Of a stretch of DNA of 28,532 nucleotides, positions 10,080-18,827 are shown piece by piece. The DNA is from a virus. Taxonomy: Duplodnaviria > Caudoviricetes. The stretch spans positions 1 to 28,532 of IMG/VR virus record IMGVR_UViG_3300017911_001873. The stretch is one strand, 5' to 3'. Numbering within the stretch: position 1 is the stretch's first letter; every line of letters starts with the position of its first letter. The translations under genes and the position numbers were made by a program. The notes beneath the pieces are model-generated. The model did not search any database. It was not told the DNA's origin and saw only the letters and a list, made by a program, of their open reading frames with translations.

Positions 10080-10252
10080 TGAGCAATCCATTTGGTAAAT
10101 ATGACCCTGCAAAGGGTGAATCTTTTTCCCGTGAAGAATACACTGTATATGAGTGGGTCGGGAAATCATTGATGAAGAAAACATATACTCGTAAATATAT
10201 CCCAAAATCTAAAGAGGGTTATGTGGATGAATATAAAAGTGAGACTGTATAA
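10079..10252 (+). CDS. Small hypothetical protein (57 aa, not in ORF track)
   Basis: GGAGG SD; TGATG and TAATG overlaps fill the gap exactly. Confidence 0.75.
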   Translation: MSNPFGKYDPAKGESFSREEYTVYEWVGKSLMKKTYTRKYIPKSKEGYVDEYKSETV

Positions 10253-10749
10253 TGGCTAAAAGATTTAGACAAGCTGATGAAGGGTTTGATTGGGTATTTG
10301 AAGCCACTAAAAAAGATGAGCAGATTGCTCGTTTGAAAGAGTGGGCTGGCACTAGTCAGATCGTTGTTCCCCTAGTTCGTTGGGGTGTTGGCGCAGAAAA
10401 AGGTGAATGGGGTCTACCAGAAGGTATGCCTGAAACCGTGAAACTCGATAAAGACATTCCTCAAGGTATGGGTCAAACCACGTTGATGGTGGAGTGGCGC
10501 AGGGTTCAAACATTCCTCGATCCTGAAGGTAATCTTCGTAATCTACCAGTGTGGAAACAGGAAATGAATTGGGTTCAAATCCTAGAAGGTCTGCATTGGA
10601 AAGAAGCTGAACTGCTGACACATGTCAAAGATGGCACGTTGTTGAAGATGTATCCGAAGCTGGAGAAACTGCTGAAGGATCTCGGTATCGAGGAATACAA
10701 CAAGCCTGTCAAGAAGACACGTAAGAAGAAAGCAACTGCTAAGTCGTAG
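10252..10749 (+). CDS. Conserved T4-like hypothetical protein downstream of rnh
   Basis: LPEG.P and QILEGLHWKEAELL..VKD..L...YP pattern; Lys-rich tail. Confidence 0.75.
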   Translation: MAKRFRQADEGFDWVFEATKKDEQIARLKEWAGTSQIVVPLVRWGVGAEKGEWGLPEGMPETVKLDKDIPQGMGQTTLMVEWRRVQTFLDPEGNLRNLPVWKQEMNWVQILEGLHWKEAELLTHVKDGTLLKMYPKLEKLLKDLGIEEYNKPVKKTRKKKATAKS

Positions 10750-11257
10750 GTTTGTAGGGGTCGTAAAATCTTCCCCACTGCCAACCTTCTGGTAATTCTT
10801 CGGTCACAGGTCGCAGGTGTGGTTGTCCATTAGGCTCTACACACCAACGACGTTTCGGTCTTTCGTATGCTTTTTGTCGTATCTTAGCAATAGTTTCTGG
10901 TGAGTGTTTTCTACCATACATCGGATTGAACTCACCTTTACGAGTTCCTTTCATGGTCTTACTTATATTTTCTTTATGAGTATCGGTAAGACCATTTTTA
11001 TGTGGATGATTATTCAACTTGGCTTGTCTAATACGCTCACGACCTTCAGGTGTATGCCATCCTGTTCTATCCCTGACTCTATCTACAATTGGTTGATCAG
11101 TCTTATTTTGCGTGATGACATATTCTCTTACAGCCTCGACTGTAGAGAATTTAATTAACATCTCGCGTGGTTTTGGGACATCTTGTAGATTGTTTTCATC
11201 TACTATCCAAAACTCATCTTTAGTTTTGAAGGCGAAAAACCTGCTCGCTCTAGCCAT
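10739..11257 (-). CDS. NUMOD3-repeat DNA-binding protein lacking an obvious nuclease domain
   Basis: HTPEGRERIRQAK, LTDTHKENISKTMKG, GEFNPMYGRKHSPETIAKI, C-terminal LPEGWQWGR. Confidence 0.7.
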   Translation of the reverse strand: MARASRFFAFKTKDEFWIVDENNLQDVPKPREMLIKFSTVEAVREYVITQNKTDQPIVDRVRDRTGWHTPEGRERIRQAKLNNHPHKNGLTDTHKENISKTMKGTRKGEFNPMYGRKHSPETIAKIRQKAYERPKRRWCVEPNGQPHLRPVTEELPEGWQWGRFYDPYKPTT

Positions 11258-11459
11258 CTATGAACTTCTTACGATACTCGGCTATCCCGTCAAGGAACGG
11301 TCTAGTGTTCTTGCCCTTTGCAGAGGCAAGGTGTTTATCGTAAGCAGTTTCAAGAACTGGTTTGAATCGGCGTTGTGCTTTGGTTGACCACTTTGATACA
11401 TTACGACGCTCACCTTTAGAGGTATATGCTGTCCCCTTTGAACGCTTTCCTTTAGCCAT
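11250..11459 (-). CDS. Small basic protein (late)
   Basis: MAKGKRSKGTAYTSKGERRNV; late promoter upstream. Confidence 0.75.
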   Translation of the reverse strand: MAKGKRSKGTAYTSKGERRNVSKWSTKAQRRFKPVLETAYDKHLASAKGKNTRPFLDGIAEYRKKFIDG

Positions 11460-11498
11460 TATCTTCTCAAAAAATTACAAGTTATTGTTATTGTTAGA

Positions 11499-11506
11499 TA
11501 TTTATA
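11499..11506 (-). promoter_or_regulatory. T4-type late promoter TATAAATA
   Basis: TATTTATA on the + strand, upstream of the two minus-strand genes. Confidence 0.75.
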
Positions 11507-11507
11507 G

Positions 11508-11571
11508 TAAAAAAGTGCTTGACATTTCTGTCAAATATAGTATAATGAATATATAAGTTGATGAAAGGAAA
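11508..11571 (+). promoter_or_regulatory. Early promoter/leader repeat copy
   Basis: TAAAAAAGTGC-TTGACA-16-TATAAT, then leader TATAAGTTGATGAAAGGAAA identical to 18803-18822. Confidence 0.85.
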
Positions 11572-11576
11572 TACTT

Positions 11577-11783
11577 ATGTTTACTGCTGATATCGTAATT
11601 GAGTTCGCTAATGGTGCTTTCGGTGGAAAGCAAATCAATGCTCATTCTATGGAACAAGTAATGGATGACGCTGCTTATTTCGTGCGTCAAAAAGTTCTTG
11701 AAGGTCGTAATTATCTTGACATTCATGACGATGACCGTTATACTGTTGTTAAACATAGCATAATGGGTTTTGAAAATGCGTAA
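11577..11783 (+). CDS. Small early hypothetical protein
   Basis: GAAAGGA SD, directly behind the early promoter. Confidence 0.75.
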   Translation: MFTADIVIEFANGAFGGKQINAHSMEQVMDDAAYFVRQKVLEGRNYLDIHDDDRYTVVKHSIMGFENA

Positions 11784-11988
11784 TTTTTACACAGATCTTG
11801 AAAAAGCAGTAATGGACACTGTGTGTCTTAATTACAACACCAACATCGGCGAAGTCCTCGACGCCGTGTTTGAACAGTTTGGTGAAAGCAGTATGATCGA
11901 GGATATTGTCCGTATGGCTGAAGATATGTATGAGGAGATTAATAATGACTTACAAGAATTCTATGAAGACGAAATATATCTTAACTGA
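11776..11988 (+). CDS. Small acidic hypothetical protein
   Basis: Overlaps both neighbours in operon fashion. Confidence 0.7.
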   Translation: MRNFYTDLEKAVMDTVCLNYNTNIGEVLDAVFEQFGESSMIEDIVRMAEDMYEEINNDLQEFYEDEIYLN

Positions 11989-12553
11989 TATTGATGGTGT
12001 TGTTCTAGATTGGGAAGAAAGTTTCATCGTATGGATGGAACATATGGGTCATAGTCTCGTCAAAGACTATCAATTCAAATATGGCGTAGATAAGCGGTTC
12101 GGTATCACGAAACAGGTATCTGATCAGCTTGTTCGGCAGTTTAATGCATCAGCAGCTATCGGGTTCTTACCGCCTCTGCGCGATGCGCAGTATTATATCA
12201 AGCTGCTCCATGAGAAACACAAATACAAGTTTATCGCTGTGACGAGCCTATCGCTCGATCCGTATGCTCAGAAACTTCGGAAGCGTAATCTGAATAAATT
12301 GTTTGGTAAGAACACATTTGAAGAAGTTATCTGCCTCGATACTGGTGCTGATAAAGATGATATTCTTATCGATCTCAGTCATGAGTATGAAGGTTGTTAT
12401 TGGATCGAGGATAAAGTTGTCAATGCCCAGTTGGGTGGTGACATCGGGTATGATGCTCTGTTGATGGAGCATGGTCATAATATGAAAGCTAAAGGTGATT
12501 TCAAAACCGTAAAGAACTGGGAGGATATTTACAATGAAATCGTGGGAAGTTGA
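11945..12553 (+). CDS. HAD-family nucleotidase/phosphatase (T4 gp30.2-like)
   Basis: LTDIDGVVLDW motif I, AVTS, WIEDK motif; GAGGAG SD before ATG 11945 (alternative start 11963). Confidence 0.85.
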   Translation: MTYKNSMKTKYILTDIDGVVLDWEESFIVWMEHMGHSLVKDYQFKYGVDKRFGITKQVSDQLVRQFNASAAIGFLPPLRDAQYYIKLLHEKHKYKFIAVTSLSLDPYAQKLRKRNLNKLFGKNTFEEVICLDTGADKDDILIDLSHEYEGCYWIEDKVVNAQLGGDIGYDALLMEHGHNMKAKGDFKTVKNWEDIYNEIVGS

Positions 12554-12725
12554 GTTTTTAGATTTTTGTAAAACGCTGTGGTTTAAGAATTGTGTTGAGC
12601 GTCGGGGTTATGGCGACGACCTCCACGATTTCGATACTTATGTTGACCTAAATAAAGAGTGGTTGAAACAACGCCACGCTGAACATAAACTCGAAAAACT
12701 ACGGAATATTGACGCATGGACGTAA
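12534..12725 (+). CDS. Small hypothetical protein
   Basis: GGAGG SD, overlaps neighbours. Confidence 0.7.
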   Translation: MKSWEVEFLDFCKTLWFKNCVERRGYGDDLHDFDTYVDLNKEWLKQRHAEHKLEKLRNIDAWT

Positions 12726-12904
12726 TCACTCACACAATCATTGCTATGGTATCATTGATCATTGCATATGCGGTAGGTTACTGGCTTGGGCACGGCAAGG
12801 GTTCTATTTGGGGAACTGCTGTCGCTCTCGATTGGGTCGAAAAAAAGGTCGGTCGCGCACAATTTAATCGGTGGATGAGAGAGCATGAGGAAGCTAACAA
12901 GTAG
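12716..12904 (+). CDS. Small membrane protein
   Basis: N-terminal transmembrane helix; operonic overlap. Confidence 0.65.
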   Translation: MDVITHTIIAMVSLIIAYAVGYWLGHGKGSIWGTAVALDWVEKKVGRAQFNRWMREHEEANK

Positions 12905-13112
12905 CATTGCTGTTCTTTTTCTTGTAGCATGCACACACAAACCTATTCCCGTGAAGAAGGAGGAAGCTAGTCTTCCTCCTGTCTCACCACATCCTGTTGA
13001 AGAAGTGGTAGTCGAAAAGATGGGTGATGAATTGAAAGAAGAACGCGTCCGTAATCCACGTGAACGTGCGCGCAAATTACTAGAAATTATTTTAGGTGGA
13101 GTTAATAGATGA
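12885..13112 (+). CDS. Putative small lipoprotein
   Basis: Signal peptide with lipobox LVAC. Confidence 0.65.
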   Translation: MRKLTSSIAVLFLVACTHKPIPVKKEEASLPPVSPHPVEEVVVEKMGDELKEERVRNPRERARKLLEIILGGVNR

Positions 13113-13279
13113 GTGTTATTCCGTCAACTAAACTAGAACGTTGGGAGATGTGGGCTGATATGATTCGTTCTGATCAGATGACACATGAGCAGGTTCATCA
13201 GTTTTTGGCAAAACATAGCGACTTTGCTCATTGGTATATGAGCGAAAAGATAAGAGATGCAGTAAGCGATGAAGCCTGA
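13109..13279 (+). CDS. Small hypothetical protein (56 aa, not in ORF track)
   Basis: GGAG SD, ATGA overlap; MSVIPSTKLERWEMWADMIRSDQM... Confidence 0.7.
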   Translation: MSVIPSTKLERWEMWADMIRSDQMTHEQVHQFLAKHSDFAHWYMSEKIRDAVSDEA

Positions 13280-14102
13280 GTGGTATTATGCTAATGGGCG
13301 GGTGATGGATCCTGTGAATGAGGCATTCTTCAACATTGACTCTGAAACCCTTTATTACAAAAATCTTCGCGATCGATACGAATATATGAAAGAAGCTGGT
13401 TGGGTGCCAGTCGAGGATGATGATGCACGCGAAGTAGTTGGTGAGAAATATCTCTACAATCCAGACAAACCAGCATTCAATGATTGGATCAATCTCTCAT
13501 ATGATATGAATAGTCATGGGTTTCGTATTGATCAGGAAATGCCTAATGAGAAAAAGCCAAGGAGTATTATTACTCTCGGATGTTCTTGCACTTTCGGTGT
13601 TGGTATGCCAGTCGGTCAAATTTGGCCAACGTTGGTAGGACAATCGCTGAGAGTAAAAGCATATAATCTTGGTGTCCCGTTGGGTAGTTTGGATCAAGCA
13701 TTCAGATTGTTGTTAGCATGGTTGCCAAAACTGCGCTCGAAAAATGTATTTTTACTCGAGCCTCCAGGTGTTCGATATGAAACAATCACACATACTTACG
13801 GTTTTAATCCGAGTAGTGTCAATTCACAACCTAATAGTGTTCCATTTCGTTATGAACACGAAGATGAGTGGACTTTATCACGAGAAAAAACTATGCGCGC
13901 TATGAGAACTCTTTGTGATCAGTTTGATGTCAATTTTTATCATATGCCAGTAACAGAATTAGATGACATCGGCGACCTCTATGATATGGACACGGTTTAT
14001 CCAGCAAGGGATCTACAACACCCAGGACGCAAACAGCACATTTATGCAGCGATGCGGTTTTTGAAAATGACAGGATTTGAGTGGGATGTCGAAAAAAAAT
14101 AA
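13269..14102 (+). CDS. SGNH-like paralog 2
   Basis: NSHGFR, LGCSCTFGVG, YNLGVPLGS, ARDLQHPG. Confidence 0.65.
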   Translation: MKPEWYYANGRVMDPVNEAFFNIDSETLYYKNLRDRYEYMKEAGWVPVEDDDAREVVGEKYLYNPDKPAFNDWINLSYDMNSHGFRIDQEMPNEKKPRSIITLGCSCTFGVGMPVGQIWPTLVGQSLRVKAYNLGVPLGSLDQAFRLLLAWLPKLRSKNVFLLEPPGVRYETITHTYGFNPSSVNSQPNSVPFRYEHEDEWTLSREKTMRAMRTLCDQFDVNFYHMPVTELDDIGDLYDMDTVYPARDLQHPGRKQHIYAAMRFLKMTGFEWDVEKK

Positions 14103-15411
14103 TCTAACCTGTGCTAATTTGTTGAACCACGTCTACACTGGCACTCGCAATGAGAGACGTTTGTGTTGCCATGCGTTTCCGACAGTTGCTACGAATGAAA
14201 AACTTACTAACGATGAATGGTGGAACTCTGATGAGATGATGAGTTATCGCAAGATGATGCTTGATGGCGATCCCATTCCGAACTGCAAAGAGTGTTACTA
14301 TAAAGAAGAACACGGTATGCACTCTCTACGGATGCATGTGAATGAGCGCGCAGATGTCGATGAGTTATTGAAGCATGTAGATTCTGATGGTAAGATGAAT
14401 CAAAAACCAACATTTTATGAGCATAAATCTGTTCATTGTAATCTACAATGTCAAACCTGTGCTCCAGTTTTCAGTTCTACTTGGGCGAAGTTAGAAAAAG
14501 ATATGTATGGTTATGAGTGGAAAAATAACATCGACTCTGATTACGAAAATAAACTTGCCGATGAGATGATCGAAGGATTGCTTGATAAACGTATTACACG
14601 TCTCAACTGGGCTGGTGGTGAACCTATGATGATGCCGATGCATTGGCGCATATTGAATAAAATGACAGAGTTGCTCGAAGACCCTGAATATACAGATTAT
14701 GTCAAATCTATTCATATGATGTATAATACTAACATGACACATCACATGTATCGAGGCAAGAGTATTTGGGAAACTCTCAGCCCATTTAAGTGCGAGATCC
14801 GAACCTCTATGGATGGTGTTGGTAAAACTTTCGAAATGATTCGCGATGGTGCTGTTTGGGAAGATACTTGGAATAATTGGAAGCGAATGGTCGAGTATGA
14901 TTTCGAAGTTGAAGTTAATGGTGTCTATACATTTCCTCTACTGCTGACTATGGAAGAGTGGCATCAAAATTATTTCGAGTATTGGTTGTCGCATGACATA
15001 CGTTTTTATGATCATCTGTATCGCAGTTCTCCTGAACATTATCCTTCTGTCGGGCACGGTATGGTTGATATGTGTTTATGGCCAAACGATATTTTTGATC
15101 GAGTCGTGACGAAAGCCGAAGAAAGTTTGAAAAAGTTTGGTTATGACGGTTACGATAAGGGGTTACAGATCCTACAAATCGTGCGCGCTGAAAAGAAAAA
15201 CAAAACTCATATCTGGGATGACCCTGAAATTTTGGGTAAGATGAAAGGTATGACGCAAGTGAGAGACAATTTTCAGAAGCGAGTGAAATTTCATGATTGG
15301 TTAGAAGAAACTGATCAAGAAGCATATGAATGGTATCAATCAGTGCAAGAATTGCCATATAATGCGCATGAAAATCCACTCGCCAGTTTTACACCAGAAG
15401 GATGGTCATGA
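14086..15411 (+). CDS. Radical SAM protein with N-terminal Twitch-like Fe-S domain
   Basis: C..RLCC..CKECY N-terminal cluster; CNLQCQTC; AGGEP; YNTN; SMDG. Confidence 0.85.
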   Translation: MSKKNNLTCANLLNHVYTGTRNERRLCCHAFPTVATNEKLTNDEWWNSDEMMSYRKMMLDGDPIPNCKECYYKEEHGMHSLRMHVNERADVDELLKHVDSDGKMNQKPTFYEHKSVHCNLQCQTCAPVFSSTWAKLEKDMYGYEWKNNIDSDYENKLADEMIEGLLDKRITRLNWAGGEPMMMPMHWRILNKMTELLEDPEYTDYVKSIHMMYNTNMTHHMYRGKSIWETLSPFKCEIRTSMDGVGKTFEMIRDGAVWEDTWNNWKRMVEYDFEVEVNGVYTFPLLLTMEEWHQNYFEYWLSHDIRFYDHLYRSSPEHYPSVGHGMVDMCLWPNDIFDRVVTKAEESLKKFGYDGYDKGLQILQIVRAEKKNKTHIWDDPEILGKMKGMTQVRDNFQKRVKFHDWLEETDQEAYEWYQSVQELPYNAHENPLASFTPEGWS

Positions 15412-15830
15412 TGAATAAATGGGATAAGGCACATATGAATGCTGCTGAGGTATATGCGAAACTTTCCTCGGCGAAACGTCTACAGGTGGGCGCAGTTATC
15501 GTGAAGGATAATCGTATCATCTCGATCGGTTATAATGGTATGCCATCTGGTTGGACTAATGAATGTGAGACGACGGACGAGTATGGTAATCGCCCTGTCA
15601 CGAAGCCAGAAGTGCTACATGCTGAGACTAATGCCATCGCGAAGGTGGCTCGCTCATCTGAGAGTTGCGAAGGTGCGACGCTCTACACCACGCACCAACC
15701 TTGTTTAGATTGCGCAAAGCTAATCTATCAATCTGGTCTTTCGCGCGTCGTTTGGAAATATCCATATAAAACTAAAAGTGGACTAGAGTTCCTCGAAAAT
15801 TGTGATATTCAGGTTGATTCTTATGATTGA
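15408..15830 (+). CDS. cd: dCMP deaminase
   Basis: VGAVIV, SIGYNG, HAETNA, PCLDC Zn motifs. Confidence 0.93.
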   Translation: MMNKWDKAHMNAAEVYAKLSSAKRLQVGAVIVKDNRIISIGYNGMPSGWTNECETTDEYGNRPVTKPEVLHAETNAIAKVARSSESCEGATLYTTHQPCLDCAKLIYQSGLSRVVWKYPYKTKSGLEFLENCDIQVDSYD

Positions 15831-16023
15831 GTATCGGACTTGGGAAAAGATCGTGGCGCGTGCGCTCGATTATTATATCGGTCGGACTGATGAGGATGAA
15901 CCTAAAGTTCCTATCCTCACTATGCAGCAAGCCAGACGTGGGCTATATATCCGCATGGCTTTACAGTTCGTCAACTGGGTCACCTGTTTCTTTATCATAG
16001 CAGGTGTCATAAGACATTGGTAA
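15823..16023 (+). CDS. Small membrane protein
   Basis: C-terminal hydrophobic helix; overlaps the cd stop. Confidence 0.65.
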   Translation: MIEYRTWEKIVARALDYYIGRTDEDEPKVPILTMQQARRGLYIRMALQFVNWVTCFFIIAGVIRHW

Positions 16024-16028
16024 AACTC

Positions 16029-16057
16029 TTGACTTTTGCTTGTCTATATAGTATGGT
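16029..16057 (+). promoter_or_regulatory. Sigma70-like promoter for the TET/JBP-glycosyltransferase operon
   Basis: TTGACT-17-TATGGT, followed by GAGGTG SD. Confidence 0.55.
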
Positions 16058-16077
16058 ATCAAAAATAGAGGTGAAAT

Positions 16078-17379
16078 ATGGTAAAAGTTCTTACAATTGA
16101 AAAGCAGAACTGCGAGAAGTTGCTCGGGCAATTTGTTGACGAGTCACACTTTGACACAGTAATTACTGAGGATACAGACCTGTATGCTCTCGACCAATTC
16201 AGTGATGAAAATGGTGAGCATAATGTTATCTTCAAGTTTCGTAAAAACGTGTTCAGCGAAGAGGAACAGCGAGGTGCATACGATGGTCTTATGCCTGCCG
16301 CAGTCCCAACGCAGAACCGTGGGCTTGCTGCTGGTCCACGCGCAGAAAGTCAGGGTCAACGCGATTATATCTCTCCTCTACAGGAAGCTATCATTGATGG
16401 TATTTTGAAAGCACCTGAAAGTTCGCTTGACCCTGACTTCGATGCTATCGATAATGCGATTGCTGTTCATCGTCCTGGTGCTGAGAGCCGTGGTAAAGTT
16501 TGGCTTCGTGAAGCAATCAAGAAGACAGGTATCCCATATAAAGAGTTCTTTGATACATGGCTTGATGGTATTCGTCCACTGTCTGTTGCTGAACGTAAAG
16601 AGGAAACTAAAGAGATGATGAAGACCTACATCTCTGATACCTCGTATGCGAACGCAGTCAACTCAGGTATCGCTGGCTGGTTCGATCGGTATCCGCGTAT
16701 CCCATATGGTCGTGCTACATCTTACACTGATCATAATCCAGAACTGTTTGCTAAATCCTATCCGTATCTACAAACTCTGGCTAATAAGTTTGAGGAACTA
16801 TTGCCTCAGCGTTATGCTAAACAGAAAGCATTTACCGATGCCATGGATCCTGCTTTCGTAGTTCCTGGAACACCTTATACTACTATCACTGTCAATAAAA
16901 CCTTCAGAACAGCTGCTCACAGAGATGCTGGGGATTATACAGAGGGTTTTTCTAACATCACATGTGTCAGCCGTGATGGTAAAAAGCACTGGGATGGCTG
17001 TCTGTTTGTGCTTCCCGAGTTCGGTATCGCTGTAGAACTGCATCCTGGCGACCTTCTGCTGGTAAACAATCACGAGGGCATTCATGGTAATACTCAGATT
17101 ATCGGCGACGATGTAGAGCGCATTTCCCTGGTGGCATATGCTCGCGAGAAAATGGCAGAACTTGGCAGCTATGAGTATGAAACACTGCGACGTGAGTATG
17201 TAGATTCTCGTCGTCTAAATAAAGAACATAACCTGTGGCGTCCACTCTGGAACGGTATCTCTCCTGGAATGTGGGATGATGAAGAGTGGTTCACATATCT
17301 TGAAGAGAATGGTGGTGCTGAGATGCGACAGCAATATCATCCTAAAGTTGAAAGCGCATCGTTGGAGGATCTATTCTAA
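16078..17379 (+). CDS. TET/JBP-family 2OG-Fe(II) DNA dioxygenase
   Basis: NSGIAGWFDR, TITVNKTFRTAAHRDAGD (HxD), HGNT (distal His), RISLVAYAR (2OG-binding Arg). Confidence 0.85.
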   Translation: MVKVLTIEKQNCEKLLGQFVDESHFDTVITEDTDLYALDQFSDENGEHNVIFKFRKNVFSEEEQRGAYDGLMPAAVPTQNRGLAAGPRAESQGQRDYISPLQEAIIDGILKAPESSLDPDFDAIDNAIAVHRPGAESRGKVWLREAIKKTGIPYKEFFDTWLDGIRPLSVAERKEETKEMMKTYISDTSYANAVNSGIAGWFDRYPRIPYGRATSYTDHNPELFAKSYPYLQTLANKFEELLPQRYAKQKAFTDAMDPAFVVPGTPYTTITVNKTFRTAAHRDAGDYTEGFSNITCVSRDGKKHWDGCLFVLPEFGIAVELHPGDLLLVNNHEGIHGNTQIIGDDVERISLVAYAREKMAELGSYEYETLRREYVDSRRLNKEHNLWRPLWNGISPGMWDDEEWFTYLEENGGAEMRQQYHPKVESASLEDLF

Positions 17380-18206
17380 TGGACATTCTGAAAGACTATC
17401 AAATTTGTATTCCCTCATATAAACGTCACGACACAGTGATGAAGAAAACACTGGCTGTGCTTGAGTCATATAATGTCGACCCTGCTCGTATCAAAGTGTT
17501 TGTAAATGCTGAGGAAGAGGGTGAGTATGAAAACTACACTCGCACACTGGCAACGACTGATTATACCAAAGATATCGAGGTTGTGAAGGGTGTGCCGACT
17601 ATCGGTAAACAACGCAACTTTATTGAGAAGTGGTATCCTGAAGGCACGTATGTGATGTCATTCGATGATGATATCGAGGAGATTCAGGTCAAAGATGGTG
17701 AGCAAAACCTGCTACGAGTTGAAGACTTTGAGCGTGATGTGGTTCTGCGTGGTTTCCAAGCATGCGAGGATAATAACGCTAAGACATTCGGTATCTATGC
17801 TGCCTCTAATGCTTATTTCATGAAGCACCGCACATATACGAAACTTTGCTATATCATTGCTAGTATGTATGGGTTCATCGCTGACCCCGATCCTTCCCTG
17901 GATCGTGTGACGAACCATGGTGAGGACTATGAATACAGTATGCGCCAATATCGTAAGCATGGTGTGGTAGTTCGACTGGATGACATCACCGTGAAGTCTA
18001 ATTATTATAAAGAGGAGGGTGGTCTTCAAACCTTCCGCACAGCTGAGAACATCAAGGAAAGCATCGAGTGGATTGCTAATGAGTTTGATGACCTCTGCAC
18101 CATGTATATTCGTAAGTCAACTGGTCACGCTGAACTGAAACTGCGTGACAGGTCGAATGGTAAATATACGAAGGTTGAGAACAGCCTCGAGGATCTTTTT
18201 GCGTAA
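17379..18206 (+). CDS. TET/JBP-associated glycosyltransferase (GT-A fold, TAGT/GREB1-like)
   Basis: IPSYKR, RNFI, SFDDDI (DxD), EDYEYS, GGLQ; TAATG coupling to the dioxygenase. Confidence 0.82.
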   Translation: MDILKDYQICIPSYKRHDTVMKKTLAVLESYNVDPARIKVFVNAEEEGEYENYTRTLATTDYTKDIEVVKGVPTIGKQRNFIEKWYPEGTYVMSFDDDIEEIQVKDGEQNLLRVEDFERDVVLRGFQACEDNNAKTFGIYAASNAYFMKHRTYTKLCYIIASMYGFIADPDPSLDRVTNHGEDYEYSMRQYRKHGVVVRLDDITVKSNYYKEEGGLQTFRTAENIKESIEWIANEFDDLCTMYIRKSTGHAELKLRDRSNGKYTKVENSLEDLFA

Positions 18207-18780
18207 TATACTCAAATCATCGCGATCTTATCCTGCTGCAACGAGCAATCAAAATGAATATGGCTTTCGCGATTTGCGTGCATATGAAAAAGGTCAAGCG
18301 ATCGCTCTAGGTTGTTCATTTACATATGGGCATGGTGTCGCACACGAAGATGCATGGCCATGGCAATTAGAACAAAAATTAGATTGTCAGGTTTATAATT
18401 TTGGTGTCGTGGGTGGATCTTTAGATTGCATGGTGAGACTCGCTATGTCATGGGTTCCCGCATTACAACCAATTTATGTTTTCGTTGCTCCCATCTTTTT
18501 TACCAGATATGAGTTTTTTCATAATCAGTCATGGTTGCATTGGATTCCTGGGCATGATGAAAATGTTAGAATGGGTAAGTTTGTCGTCAGTGAAGAGTAT
18601 GAAGAAGTAAATACAGCTAAAAATTATCATGCTCTGGATTCTATCTGTAAAAATACTCACCTGATTATACATGAAGACCTGCCGCCCAGCGATACATCTG
18701 CTGATGATTTCTATCATCCTGGACCTGATTGGCATAAAAAAGTAGCCGAATCTTTTCATAAAAAAGTGCTTGACATTTGA
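18199..18780 (+). CDS. SGNH-like paralog 3
   Basis: NEYGFR, LGCSFTYGHG, YNFGVVGGS, DDFYHPG; likely TTG start after GAGGA. Confidence 0.65.
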   Translation: MRNILKSSRSYPAATSNQNEYGFRDLRAYEKGQAIALGCSFTYGHGVAHEDAWPWQLEQKLDCQVYNFGVVGGSLDCMVRLAMSWVPALQPIYVFVAPIFFTRYEFFHNQSWLHWIPGHDENVRMGKFVVSEEYEEVNTAKNYHALDSICKNTHLIIHEDLPPSDTSADDFYHPGPDWHKKVAESFHKKVLDI

Positions 18781-18822
18781 TCAAAAATAGTGCATAATAA
18801 GGTATAAGTTGATGAAAGGAAA
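18759..18822 (+). promoter_or_regulatory. Early promoter/leader repeat copy
   Basis: TAAAAAAGTGC-TTGACA-17-CATAAT plus the leader shared with 11552-11571. Confidence 0.85.
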
Positions 18823-18827
18823 CGCTT

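Noticed and set aside
4364-15411. 7-deazaguanine DNA modification pathway (QueC-like plus rSAM as QueE)
   Set aside because: No FolE, QueD or DpdA is seen, and the rSAM proteins are Twitch/SPASM types rather than QueE-like.
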